64,000 bases of DNA, from contig DGTA01000057.1 of assembly GCA_002394165.1 (NCBI GenBank), forward strand, positions 8,477 through 72,476, in the 5' to 3' direction. Positions 1 to 9,051 of this stretch are shown in pieces; the first letter of the stretch is position 1; every line of letters starts with the position of its first letter. The DNA comes from Lachnospiraceae bacterium UBA4348 (GTDB lineage Bacteria; Bacillota; Clostridia; Lachnospirales; Lachnospiraceae). Under the pieces are notes generated by a model. The model was not told the origin of the DNA. It worked only from the letters and a program-made list of their open reading frames with translations, and made no database searches. Position numbers and translations under genes: made by a program.

Positions 1-812
1 ATGAGGTTGAGGACGGCAAGGTCGTCAGCAGCGAAGTGATCGGATCGAACGGAACCGGACACGGCGCGTTGGCAACGCTTCTTGCATCGCAGTCGATCGA
101 TGTGCTGATCTGCGGCGGCATCGGCGGCGGCGCCCAGGCGGCGCTGGTCCGGGAGGGAATCGAACTTTGTGCCGGAGCATCCGGCGATGCCAACGAGGCG
201 GTTGAGGCCTATCTCAGGGGCGAGCTGGTGAACACCGGTGCCAACTGTGACCATCACGGAGAAGGCCATTCATGCGGCGGCCACGGGGAAGGTCATTCCT
301 GCGGGGATCACGATGGAGAGGGTCACTGCGGCCATCACGGGGATGAATGCGGCAGCTGCGGTGAGAACGCTTCAGGGATCGAAGGAAAGAATGTCGGAAA
401 AACCTGCCGGACGCATTACCGCGGCACTTTCAACGACGGAACGCAGTTTGATTCTTCCTATGACAGGGGCGAGCCGCTCGAGTTTGTGTGCGGTGCCGGG
501 ATGATGATCAAAGGTTTCGATGCGGCGGTCGCGAACATGGAAGTCGGGCAGAAGGTCAATGTCCATCTGATGCCGTCGGAAGCTTACGGTGATCCGGATC
601 CGGCAGCGGTCTTCACGGTGGAAACGGATAAGATGCCCGGCGCGGAAAATCTTTCCGCGGGAGACCAGGTCTATCTGCAGAACATTTACGGACAGCCGTT
701 CCCGGCGAAGGTGGTTGCCAAAGATGAGAAGACAGTCACTTTTGATGCGAACCATGAGATGGCCGGCAAAGAGCTGAATTTCGAGATCGAGCTGGTCGAA
801 GTCGTGGAATGA
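1..812 (+). CDS. NifX/NifB-like cofactor-binding domain fused via a His/Cys-rich linker to a SlyD-like FKBP peptidyl-prolyl isomerase (5' end outside window)
   Basis: The frame is open from nt 3 (EVEDGKVVSSEVIGSNGTGHG...), so the Met at 36 is internal. The N-part GHGALATLLASQSIDVLICGGIGGGAQAAL is NifX/NifB-like. The linker is HHGEGHSCGGHGEGHSCGDHDGEGHCGHHGDECGSCGE. The C-part ...FDANHEMAGKELNFEIELVEV resembles SlyD (DGNHMLAGQNLKFNVEVV). Confidence 0.75.
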   Translation, partial: EVEDGKVVSSEVIGSNGTGHGALATLLASQSIDVLICGGIGGGAQAALVREGIELCAGASGDANEAVEAYLRGELVNTGANCDHHGEGHSCGGHGEGHSCGDHDGEGHCGHHGDECGSCGENASGIEGKNVGKTCRTHYRGTFNDGTQFDSSYDRGEPLEFVCGAGMMIKGFDAAVANMEVGQKVNVHLMPSEAYGDPDPAAVFTVETDKMPGAENLSAGDQVYLQNIYGQPFPAKVVAKDEKTVTFDANHEMAGKELNFEIELVEVVE

Positions 813-843
813 TGTAAGTGATGAACTGAAGGTGACGAATAAT

Positions 844-1077
844 ATGAGTTATTTGATCAAAGATACGACGAGAGAAGAGCGGGAACGGATCGTGGAGGAG
901 TCGCTGGGAAATATCAGCGGAACCTGTGACGGATGCGCTTCGGGCCTTGTCGAGATGTACCAGGATTATATCGACGGGAAAAAAGAATTAAAAGAAATAA
1001 ATATGGAATTCCGGGCCCGGTATGTATCCGGGCAGGAAGTGCCGGAAAGCGGCGGCTGCGGTTACAGGAGGTTTTAA
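844..1077 (+). CDS. small hypothetical protein (Cys-containing, about 77 aa)
   Basis: ORF 832..1077; the ATG at 844 gives MSYLIKDTTREERERIVEES...CDGCASG...GGCGYRRF. It sits tightly between flanking same-strand genes. I do not recognise the family. Confidence 0.5.
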   Translation: MSYLIKDTTREERERIVEESLGNISGTCDGCASGLVEMYQDYIDGKKELKEINMEFRARYVSGQEVPESGGCGYRRF

Positions 1078-1896
1078 ATGTCAGCTACATCAGACATCAT
1101 CAGAGAAAGAAAAAGTGTGCGCAGCTTCGACGGGACGCCGATCGGGGCTTCGGATCTGGCCAGGCTCAGGGAGTATGCTGAAAACATCACAGATCCTTTC
1201 GGGATTCCGGTTCGATTTGTGTTTCTGGACGCAGAAGAAAAGGGATTATCCAGCCCGGTCATCAGCGGTTAGAGCTGGTATGTAGCGGGGATCGTCCCCA
1301 AACAGCCGTACGCCGATGTGGCTTTCGGCTATTCCTTCGAGAAACTGGTCCTTTATGCCTGGTCGCTCGGAATTGGGACCACATGGATCGGCGGTACGAT
1401 GAAACGGGAAGGTTTCGAGAAGGCAGCCGGAGTGGGGGCAGGGGAGATGATGCCCTGTGTCAGCCCGCTCGGTTATCCCGCAAAGAAACGCTCTTTCAAG
1501 GAAAGCCTGATGCGTAAGGGTGTGGGAGCCGACAACCGTATGCCGGCTGAGAAACTCTTTTTCGATGAGACACTTGACCGGCCATTGGTCTCTCCCGCAA
1601 AGGATCTGATCAATGACCTGATCGAGATGGTCCGGTGGGCGCCTTCGGCGGTCAACAAGCAGCCGTGGCGGGTCGTCGTTCAGGACAGGAAGTATCATTT
1701 TTATGAGAAAAAAGACAAGGGCTATGTCAACGAGGCGACCGGCGACCTGCAGAAGATTGATGTGGGGATCGCACTCTGTCATTTCGTGATGGGTATCGAA
1801 GAACGGAACAATACCGCTGTTGTCACGGTATCCGATCCCGGGATCACCATCCCCGGAGACATGGAGTATATCGCAACCGTCAGCATGGGAGAGTAA
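1078..1896 (+). pseudogene. nitroreductase family gene interrupted by a single in-frame TAG (1270..1272)
   Basis: ORFs 1078..1272 and 1318..1896 are in the same frame. Reading through the TAG gives ...SSPVISG*SWYVAGIVPKQPYADVAFGYSFEKLV... Motifs RKSVRSF and WAPSAVNKQPWR are typical nitroreductase. Confidence 0.7.
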
Positions 1897-1899
1897 GGA

Positions 1900-2427
1900 A
1901 TGAGAAAAATACTGGTCGTGATCGACATGCAGAATGATTTTATCGACGGGGCGCTCGGCACGGAAGAGGCCGTCCGGATCGTCGGGGCCGTAAAAGAAAA
2001 GATCGGCACATATCCGCAGAATGATGTTTATGTGACAATGGATACCCACACGGAAGATTATATGAATACACAGGAAGGAAAATACCTTCCTGTGCCGCAT
2101 TGTATAAGAGGCACGCAGGGCTGGGAGATCCGTCCGGAGATCGAGGCCCTTTTAGGCAGTGCACACCGTTATGAGAAGCCGACTTTCGGCAGCACGGGCC
2201 TGGCCGCGGACCTGACCGTGCTCGCGGCGAAAGAAGAGATCGAGCTTGAACTGATCGGCCTGTGCACAGACATCTGTGTGGTATCGAATGCCCTGCTGCT
2301 CAAGGCCTTCATGCCGGAAGTGAAGATCACTGTCGATGCCTCCTGCTGCGCCGGCGTGACGCCTGAAAAGCACGAGGCTGCGCTCGAGACGATGCGCTCG
2401 TGCCAGATACAGATCACAGGAGTATGA
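1900..2427 (+). CDS. cysteine hydrolase / isochorismatase family (nicotinamidase-like)
   Basis: The MRKILVVIDMQNDFIDGALG start and the LIGLCTDICVVSNAL catalytic Cys motif are typical of the family. Confidence 0.85.
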   Translation: MRKILVVIDMQNDFIDGALGTEEAVRIVGAVKEKIGTYPQNDVYVTMDTHTEDYMNTQEGKYLPVPHCIRGTQGWEIRPEIEALLGSAHRYEKPTFGSTGLAADLTVLAAKEEIELELIGLCTDICVVSNALLLKAFMPEVKITVDASCCAGVTPEKHEAALETMRSCQIQITGV

Positions 2428-2434
2428 GGCCTTC

Positions 2435-2470
2435 TTCAACGCGTTAATGTACGAAAAGGGTCAGACCCCT
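2435..2470. repeat. family-A palindromic repeat, half-element (TTCAACGCGTTAATGTACGAAAAGGGTCAGACCCCT)
   Basis: Near-identical to 25985..26020 and related to the arms at 40388..40439 and 11708..11756. It lies between convergent genes and is followed by TTTATTTT. Confidence 0.8.
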
Positions 2471-3580
2471 TTATTTTATCACACATGAATAATAATCAAT
2501 GTTTTTAACATCACGTACTTCACCATCGTCGAAGACGATCCGGGAAACCCCGACCCATACGGTGTAGACAGAGGCGAGGTATCCCAGGTTGAAGGAGTCG
2601 CAGTAGACTGTCTCGCCCGGCCGGACGGTCTGTGTTTTGGTGGAGGTGTAGACCGGCGTATCGGCGACTCTTTCACCCCAGACATCGGTAGTATACAGGC
2701 TCAGCTCGTAGCCTCTGATCGTCCTTGTGGATGAAGTGTTGGTCACCTGCACTCTGAAGAAGAATGTGTTGACGGACGGCACGCCATCCCATTTGAAGCT
2801 TGAACCGATCACCAGCGGGATTTCCGGTTCTTTACGGGGATTGGCAAGCCCTGAAAATATCATATCCTGTGTGATTGCATCGGCCTCGGGACTCGATCCC
2901 AGGCCGTTTTGTTCGTTCAGTTCTTTCACTGCAGCGGCGGTCTTCGGGCCGTAAGAGCCGTCCGCCTTGTCCGCCAGATAGCCCAGGGCTATGAGCTTTT
3001 CCTGAAGTTTTTTAACATCCTCTCCCTTATCTCCCTGTCTGAGCACATGATAAACGGGTGCCGGCTCGGTCACGGGCTCGGTTTCCGGTTCCTCGATGTG
3101 ACGCCCGCCTTCGAGTTCTTTCAGGTCGACGGACGCTTTCTCCCGGTACAGCTCCTCTTCGGAATCTTTATCCTTGAGCACCAGTGTGACGTCGAGACGC
3201 CGGGCCGAGGAGAGAGCCGCCGTTCCGGCCTGGGCATTATCGCTCGAAGTGATGATCAGTGCGGAAGCGTCATCCTCATGATTCTCGTTTATCCCGGTAT
3301 CCGAGTGAGGCTTTGAGGATAAAAAACCGGTGCCGAGAACGCCGACCCCGTCCACGGTCAGGTCTTTGAACAGAAGGGATAGTTCTCTGTCGGTATCATT
3401 GATGATCCTGGCGTACAGGTACATATCGGCGTTGGTATTCTTGAACCGGAGGATCTCGTAGCCGGTCAGGTAAACGCTGTAGCCGTCATGGCTGAAAAAT
3501 GCCTCTTCAGCCATGGCCGATGAAGATACCATTCCCATCAACATAAAAAACAGCAGAAAGATGAGTGCTTTTTTCTTCAT
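2471..3580 (-). CDS. secreted protein with peptidoglycan-binding (PG_binding_1-like) domain
   Basis: Signal peptide MKKKALIFLLFFMLMGMVSSSAMA. The motif LRQGDKGEDVKKLQEKLIALGYLADKADGSYGPKTAAAVKEL is present. AAGGAGG lies upstream of the ATG. Confidence 0.8.
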   Translation of the reverse strand: MKKKALIFLLFFMLMGMVSSSAMAEEAFFSHDGYSVYLTGYEILRFKNTNADMYLYARIINDTDRELSLLFKDLTVDGVGVLGTGFLSSKPHSDTGINENHEDDASALIITSSDNAQAGTAALSSARRLDVTLVLKDKDSEEELYREKASVDLKELEGGRHIEEPETEPVTEPAPVYHVLRQGDKGEDVKKLQEKLIALGYLADKADGSYGPKTAAAVKELNEQNGLGSSPEADAITQDMIFSGLANPRKEPEIPLVIGSSFKWDGVPSVNTFFFRVQVTNTSSTRTIRGYELSLYTTDVWGERVADTPVYTSTKTQTVRPGETVYCDSFNLGYLASVYTVWVGVSRIVFDDGEVRDVKNIDYYSCVIK

Positions 3581-3613
3581 AATATGGGCACCTCCTTGGT
3601 GATGTTACGGGAT

Positions 3614-5071
3614 CTATGACAACAGCTTCAGCTCCCTGCTTTCTTCCAGCTGCGGATAAAGGGCGAGCTTGTACTTTCGCTGAAGTTCCACGCGGTTACG
3701 GCAGCCGGTCTTCTGCAGCACATTTCTTACGTGGTATTTCACTGTATTTTCAGAGATATAGAGTCTCGCCGCGATCTCGCCGTTTGTGTGATCTTCGATG
3801 ATCAGGCGCAGGAGTTCCCGCTCACGGGAGGACAGATCGTGGTGAAGACAAAAGGACTCGAACACCTCCTCCTCACTTCTTCGCTGCACCGCCTCGGGCT
3901 GATACAGCTGCTGATACAGACTGAACAGCAGCCAGACTGTGGGGATGAACAGGAGTACAGTGACGACGATCAGGGTGATATGACGGCCGGATAGTGACAA
4001 ATAGAGAATGCTGCCGGCTGCGTCCCCGACTCTTCCCATAAGAAGTCCAAGCAGAGCCAGCTCCGGTCGGTGTGTTTTCCGGGCGATGTCCAGAAAAAGC
4101 ACGACCCGGAACACGGTAAAAAAGCTGAAAAGTACGTAGCCTAGACCCCACAGGATCACGCCGGGGACCGGCTCGCTGACGATGCTCAGCATGAGGAAGG
4201 GAGAGGAGAGCGCGGCAACGGTGCAGATAAGGCCGCTTTTTCTGTTCCGGTCATTGATCAGCCCGGCCACGGCAAGGCCGAGCGCGTACGGGATACGGGA
4301 AAGCATGGGATCCAGCCCGGCCGCAATATCAGAGGAAGGAAAACCATATCCTAGATTTTTGACGAGGCTCGCCAGAACAACCGTGCCGCAGGCCAGTGCC
4401 AGTGTTTTCGTTGACAGCTGCATGACATGGCGCGGAGAAGAGGGATCCGGCACAGATGACGCGGGTCCCTCTTTGGCGGGATGGATCAGGCCGAGCCGGC
4501 GCGTCATGAAATACAGCGCCAGCCCCAGGATCAGAAAGAACAGGGCCGCCCGAGAACCGCTTGTCAGGCGGTCGATCCCCGGAAGGGCCAGTATGCCGAC
4601 AATGACCGTCGCGAGGGCATAGCCTCCGCCAAAGACCAGACTTTTATGAGACTTTCTGCCGCTTTCATCCATCTCCTGCCCGTTGATGCCGCCGATCACA
4701 TAAAGATATACACCGGCGATGACGCCGCAGGTCACATTCATTAAGAGCCCAAAGACGGCGCAGGCTGCTGGATGTGTACCGAGCAGGGAGGGGATCAGGA
4801 AAGCGCAGAACAGTAAGAGAGAGTAATTAAAAACGGCACGGCAGGATTCACCCTCATCTTTATGGAGCCGGCGGCTGACAAATCCCAGGCCGGCCGCCTG
4901 GCAGAGATATCCGGCTACCAGACTGAGCCAGTCCGTGGCAGCAGCCCCTGTCATAAACACCATGCGGCGGATCCAGAAGAGATAAGCCGCGGAAGTGAGC
5001 CCGAAGCAAAGTGCCACCCAGAGCGCAGCACGTATCTCCGGTATCATAATAAAACGGCGGATTTGTCTCAT
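3614..5071 (-). CDS. polytopic membrane protein with C-terminal LuxR-type HTH (membrane-anchored LuxR family regulator)
   Basis: About 10 hydrophobic segments are followed by LSSRERELLRLIIEDHTNGEIAARLYISENTVKYHVRNVLQKTG. The start could be the internal Met (MIPEIR). Confidence 0.8.
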   Translation of the reverse strand: MRQIRRFIMIPEIRAALWVALCFGLTSAAYLFWIRRMVFMTGAAATDWLSLVAGYLCQAAGLGFVSRRLHKDEGESCRAVFNYSLLLFCAFLIPSLLGTHPAACAVFGLLMNVTCGVIAGVYLYVIGGINGQEMDESGRKSHKSLVFGGGYALATVIVGILALPGIDRLTSGSRAALFFLILGLALYFMTRRLGLIHPAKEGPASSVPDPSSPRHVMQLSTKTLALACGTVVLASLVKNLGYGFPSSDIAAGLDPMLSRIPYALGLAVAGLINDRNRKSGLICTVAALSSPFLMLSIVSEPVPGVILWGLGYVLFSFFTVFRVVLFLDIARKTHRPELALLGLLMGRVGDAAGSILYLSLSGRHITLIVVTVLLFIPTVWLLFSLYQQLYQPEAVQRRSEEEVFESFCLHHDLSSRERELLRLIIEDHTNGEIAARLYISENTVKYHVRNVLQKTGCRNRVELQRKYKLALYPQLEESRELKLLS

Positions 5072-5371
5072 GATAAGCGGCCCTTTCCTCAGAACAATAC
5101 ATGATCTTCAAGTACTCATCCTGCTTAGAAAAATTATAACAGACCCTGCAGGCGCCCTCAATATTCGGCTGCCTCAAACAAAGTCCAGACAGCGCATAAA
5201 AACGTGTCCTACCCCAAAACCACCCTGCCGAAAAATGCGATCGGAGATCTTTTGGAGGCACTTTCTATTGTCGCTCAGGTGAGGTTTCACATATAATAAA
5301 CCTATATTAATTTAAAAATATCCACGAAAAGAAACCGGACGAAACACAGTGTAAGAGAGGAGGATCAAATC

Positions 5372-6988
5372 ATGAAGCGACTTGCAGCAGTACTGGCAGC
5401 GGCTTGCCTGTTCCTGGTTCCTGTCCATGCCGGGCAGGCATCCACTTTTGATTATGTGAAGGGCATGACAGGTGAAAACACTACCTATATGTTTAATGAC
5501 CTGATGCTTATTCTTCCGGCTGACTGGGATGGAAAGATCACGGTAGAGACAAAGGAGCAGGGAGTCTATTTTTATCAGAGTGAGAGCTATGAGAGATATA
5601 TGGAAGACGGAATGCCCGGCGGCGGCTTCCTCTGTTCACTCTCGGCCAGCAAAGATGACAGCTATACCAGCCTGCCGTCATACCGGTTCCTCGGTATTTC
5701 CGATATTTCCGGGCTGCATTACTACCTCAGCCTTCCGTCGGATTATCCGGCCTACATGGAAGGCGATATCCCGGCCGAATACGACCGGATGCTTGAGCAG
5801 GTCGACTATATTGTGGAAAATGTGAAATTCTTCTCGGAAGGCCCCGGCCTTTCCGGACATGAGTCCGGCAGCACCTTCCCCGATGCGGCGGAGGCAGGTC
5901 CTTCAGGCGGCGAGGAAGGAGCCGCGGATGATCCTCAGATCAGTTCAGATCCGGTGACAGCCGCCTGGACACCGCAGGAGGTCCGCAATGAATTCGAGCA
6001 CTCCATGATTCCCAGATATTTCTTTGAAAGCCCGGATTCCATGCTGGACGGGATCGACGAGGTGGGTATTTACTGGCTGTGGGAATCGGTCTGCGGCGAA
6101 AATGGTGTTGACCCTTATTATCCTAAGGAGAATTATATCGAGCACTGGTATCCGGCGAACGAAAACGGTACCTTCGTGCAGATCGAGCTTCCGGATCCGG
6201 AAGCCAATCTGCTCTGCTACCGGATCTATCTGATCTACGATCCTTCCACAGGACAGACAGCATATTACACGGCAGAATATGATAACCTCCTGGGAGACGC
6301 ATGTTTCCTGTGTTCCTGGGACGAGGACCGGACGCACAGCCTCCTCGATGAGCTGGAGATCCTTGACCGGACAGCCGATGATTACAATGAAAAACTCCGG
6401 GCTGAGGCGGAGAAGGTCGCACAGGCGGCGGGCGTCGCCCTCGGATGGCCGGTCGAGGACGGATCCATCCATGCCGAGGGAGATGAAGGAACCGAGGCCG
6501 GTTCCGATACCATCGTCACGGTGGACGGTGATGATATTGATGAGGATCTTGAGGTGATCTCCTGCCCGGAGCAGGAATTCAGCTTCAAGGCTGATCCTTC
6601 CTATATCTGGGACTACAATGACGGAACGGGCATCACCGTCTATACCGAGGGCGAGAAACGAATCCCCTATATTATCGTTTACCGGGCCGAGGACCTGATC
6701 GTCGAAGCCTATGAATATATCACGGAACAGTTCACGCCTCATATGCAGCAGCAGTATGGGGATAATCTTGTTGAATACACAGAATATGAAGCCTATGAAA
6801 TCGGCGGGAAGCAGCTGCCCGCCGGCCTGTACAAATATAATGTCGAAGGAACTCTTGTTGATCTTCTGCGCATCTATGACTCGACAGGGTCGCAGACGGT
6901 GGCTTACACGGCCAAATACATCGACGGCCAGGGAGAGGCTGAGCTCAAAGCGCTCGATACCGCGGTGAGGACATTCACCGAAGAATGA
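5372..6988 (+). CDS. secreted hypothetical protein (acidic, 538 aa)
   Basis: Signal peptide MKRLAAVLAAACLFLVPVHA. AGAGGAGG RBS. Coding-like composition. No family recognised. Confidence 0.7.
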   Translation: MKRLAAVLAAACLFLVPVHAGQASTFDYVKGMTGENTTYMFNDLMLILPADWDGKITVETKEQGVYFYQSESYERYMEDGMPGGGFLCSLSASKDDSYTSLPSYRFLGISDISGLHYYLSLPSDYPAYMEGDIPAEYDRMLEQVDYIVENVKFFSEGPGLSGHESGSTFPDAAEAGPSGGEEGAADDPQISSDPVTAAWTPQEVRNEFEHSMIPRYFFESPDSMLDGIDEVGIYWLWESVCGENGVDPYYPKENYIEHWYPANENGTFVQIELPDPEANLLCYRIYLIYDPSTGQTAYYTAEYDNLLGDACFLCSWDEDRTHSLLDELEILDRTADDYNEKLRAEAEKVAQAAGVALGWPVEDGSIHAEGDEGTEAGSDTIVTVDGDDIDEDLEVISCPEQEFSFKADPSYIWDYNDGTGITVYTEGEKRIPYIIVYRAEDLIVEAYEYITEQFTPHMQQQYGDNLVEYTEYEAYEIGGKQLPAGLYKYNVEGTLVDLLRIYDSTGSQTVAYTAKYIDGQGEAELKALDTAVRTFTEE

Positions 6989-7025
6989 AAACATGACAGG
7001 GGGGCCGGTTCGGCGTCAATATAAC

Positions 7026-7116
7026 AGAATCTGACAGGGGACGATTCTGTGTCAGCGGCTGCTGACACAGAACCGTCCCCTTGTCAGATTCAGAACCATC
7101 CCCTGCTCTTGTCAGG
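7026..7116. repeat. family-B palindromic repeat cluster (three CTGACA..GGGGACG..TGTCAG units)
   Basis: 7028..7056 and 7061..7091 form a roughly 30-bp-arm inverted repeat (1 indel, 1 mismatch) around the loop GGCT. A third degenerate unit is at 7089..7116. Related to 56713..56762. Confidence 0.8.
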
Positions 7117-7180
7117 CCCCGGAAGCTGTGATATAAGGAATCTGGAACCCTGATATATAAGAGAGTGGGAGTGATTGATC

Positions 7181-9013
7181 ATGAGAAGAAAACTGGCGTT
7201 CTTATTATCGGCGGCACTGACATTTGCCATGATCCCTGGAACAGCGGCGGGTGAAGCCCTGCCGGCGGAAGCACCGGTTCAGGCGGGAGCATCGGACCAG
7301 ACAGAGGCGCTGGATCCGGAGGAGGCGCAGACGGAGGCCGGGGAGGTCTCTGTTTCCATGGAAATGTATACTTACTATATGGAAGAGTACGACAATAATT
7401 TCGAAATGCCCGTATATTTTGTGAACGGCGTGAAAGATCTGCCGTTCGTGGATCTGGCGGACTGGTCGGATGTGATGGTGACGCTCTACCATTATTGCGG
7501 TTATGTGGATTATGCCCTGAATATGGATATAGACGGCGAGCTGGCAATGTATACCAGGGAGAACGGCTACTCCATGTTTTTTAATTTTGCGGAAGGAACC
7601 ATTGTCTTTGACGATTATGACGCGTTTACACATACGGCGGAGGACAAAGCCCTGCTGGATATGGTAAGCATGCCTCTTTATAATGAGGAGGGCGACAAGG
7701 TCGTCATGGAACGGCTCGAGCAGGGATCATTTGACCGCTATGGCAGTGAGATCACGCTGAACCTGAATGATTATGGTATTCCCATGTGCTGGGTCGAGGA
7801 GGAAAACCTGTATCTGGTCCCGATGCAGACGCTGGGGGATTTCCTGATCGCGGGGCCGCTCGGAGTGGATGTCTTTTTCAATGAGGCGGCGGTTTTCCTG
7901 GCCACCGAATCCGATTTCGGGATCGATGTCGAGGAGTATACCCCGCTTGGGGAAGAATTCTATTCGGCTCCCTACGGAACCATGAGCCCGGAGCTTGCGG
8001 CGTACAATTACAGTGAGCTGTGCCTGGCCCTGGATCATCTGTACGGGCTTAAGGAGATTCACGATATCACCAACTTTGACAAGATCTTCCAGGAGACCGG
8101 CTATGCGCATGATCTGTCCGATCCGGATCCCAACGTGTCGGATGGGGCGCTGGCGGACTTTATCGAGTACTACCTGGACGACCTGCATTCCTCCTTTGAG
8201 TTCCCGTCCTACCGGACACAGAAGGTGGAGGCTATCGGGGGGAGCGGGCTATCCTCCATGCAGGATGAGATCAACAGCAGGATCTTTTCGGAGGCCCGGA
8301 AGGCAGCGGACGGCGAGATCACCCCGTATCAGGAAGTGGGAAACACCGCCTATATCACGTTCGATAATTTCTCGTACCGAAGGAATCCTTCCGAGTATTA
8401 CGAAGAGGGAGCGGTCCCGGACCCGGGGACGGATCCCGCTTCTGAAGAGATGGATACGATCGGGCTGATGCTGTATGCGCACCAGCAGATCACGAGGCAG
8501 GACAGCCCCATCGAAAATGTGGTCATCGACGTGAGCCTGAATGGAGGCGGAAATCTTGATGCCTGCGCGTTTACGGCTTCCTGGCTTCTGGGGGAAGCAT
8601 CCCTGAGCATCCGCAGTTCCATGACGGGAGCAACATCGACGGGGGTATACCGGGTGGATGCCAACCTGGACGGGAGCTTTGATGAGAACGACACGATCTC
8701 TGACAAAAACCTGTACTGCCTGATCGGACCGTACAGCTTTTCAGCCGGCAACCTGCTCCCGAACGTCCTCAAGTCCTCCAGCAAGGTGACACTGCTCGGA
8801 CAGACATCCGGCGGCGGAAGCTGCTCGGTGCTTCATATGTCGACGGCATCCGGCGCGATCTTCAATATATCCTCACCCTACAGGATGTCCAGCGTAAAGA
8901 ACGGATCCTACTATGATATCGATCTGGGCATCGAGCCGGACTGCTACATAACAAAACTCGAGAATTTCTACGACAGGCAGGCCCTGACGGATTACATCAA
9001 CCAGCTGTTCTGA
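7181..9013 (+). CDS. S41 family (tail-specific-like) secreted peptidase
   Basis: Signal peptide. The C-terminal block CLIGPYSFSAGNLLPNVLK...TLLGQTSGGGSC resembles the S41 Ser/Lys catalytic region. ATG at 7181 follows GGGAG. Confidence 0.7.
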   Translation: MRRKLAFLLSAALTFAMIPGTAAGEALPAEAPVQAGASDQTEALDPEEAQTEAGEVSVSMEMYTYYMEEYDNNFEMPVYFVNGVKDLPFVDLADWSDVMVTLYHYCGYVDYALNMDIDGELAMYTRENGYSMFFNFAEGTIVFDDYDAFTHTAEDKALLDMVSMPLYNEEGDKVVMERLEQGSFDRYGSEITLNLNDYGIPMCWVEEENLYLVPMQTLGDFLIAGPLGVDVFFNEAAVFLATESDFGIDVEEYTPLGEEFYSAPYGTMSPELAAYNYSELCLALDHLYGLKEIHDITNFDKIFQETGYAHDLSDPDPNVSDGALADFIEYYLDDLHSSFEFPSYRTQKVEAIGGSGLSSMQDEINSRIFSEARKAADGEITPYQEVGNTAYITFDNFSYRRNPSEYYEEGAVPDPGTDPASEEMDTIGLMLYAHQQITRQDSPIENVVIDVSLNGGGNLDACAFTASWLLGEASLSIRSSMTGATSTGVYRVDANLDGSFDENDTISDKNLYCLIGPYSFSAGNLLPNVLKSSSKVTLLGQTSGGGSCSVLHMSTASGAIFNISSPYRMSSVKNGSYYDIDLGIEPDCYITKLENFYDRQALTDYINQLF

Positions 9014-9051
9014 TGACCGGGAAAAGGGCGCCTAAAAGGATGGAAAGCTGA

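Noticed and set aside
249-362. Tandem DNA repeat as a non-coding minisatellite
   Set aside because: It is in frame within the CDS and encodes the His/Cys-rich linker. It is reported as part of the fusion protein instead.
1270-1272. Pyrrolysine (or another recoded amino acid) at the in-frame TAG of the nitroreductase
   Set aside because: The window has no pyl genes or recoding signals. Nitroreductases are not known Pyl proteins. A nonsense mutation or a sequencing error is more parsimonious.
5945-6994. 349-aa antisense ORF. The same applies to 22458..23492, 28924..29892, 30512..31387, 50379..51446, 51528..52385, 54195..55247, 56760..57815, 44564..45142 and 47723..48394.
   Set aside because: All of these mirror a better-supported gene on the other strand and show the compositional bias of non-coding frames.
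7026-7116. Possible CRISPR array, suggested by the repeated palindromic units
   Set aside because: Only 2-3 units are present. They are in inverted rather than direct orientation, with no regular spacers and no cas genes nearby. Dispersed single copies elsewhere indicate REP/MITE-like elements instead.
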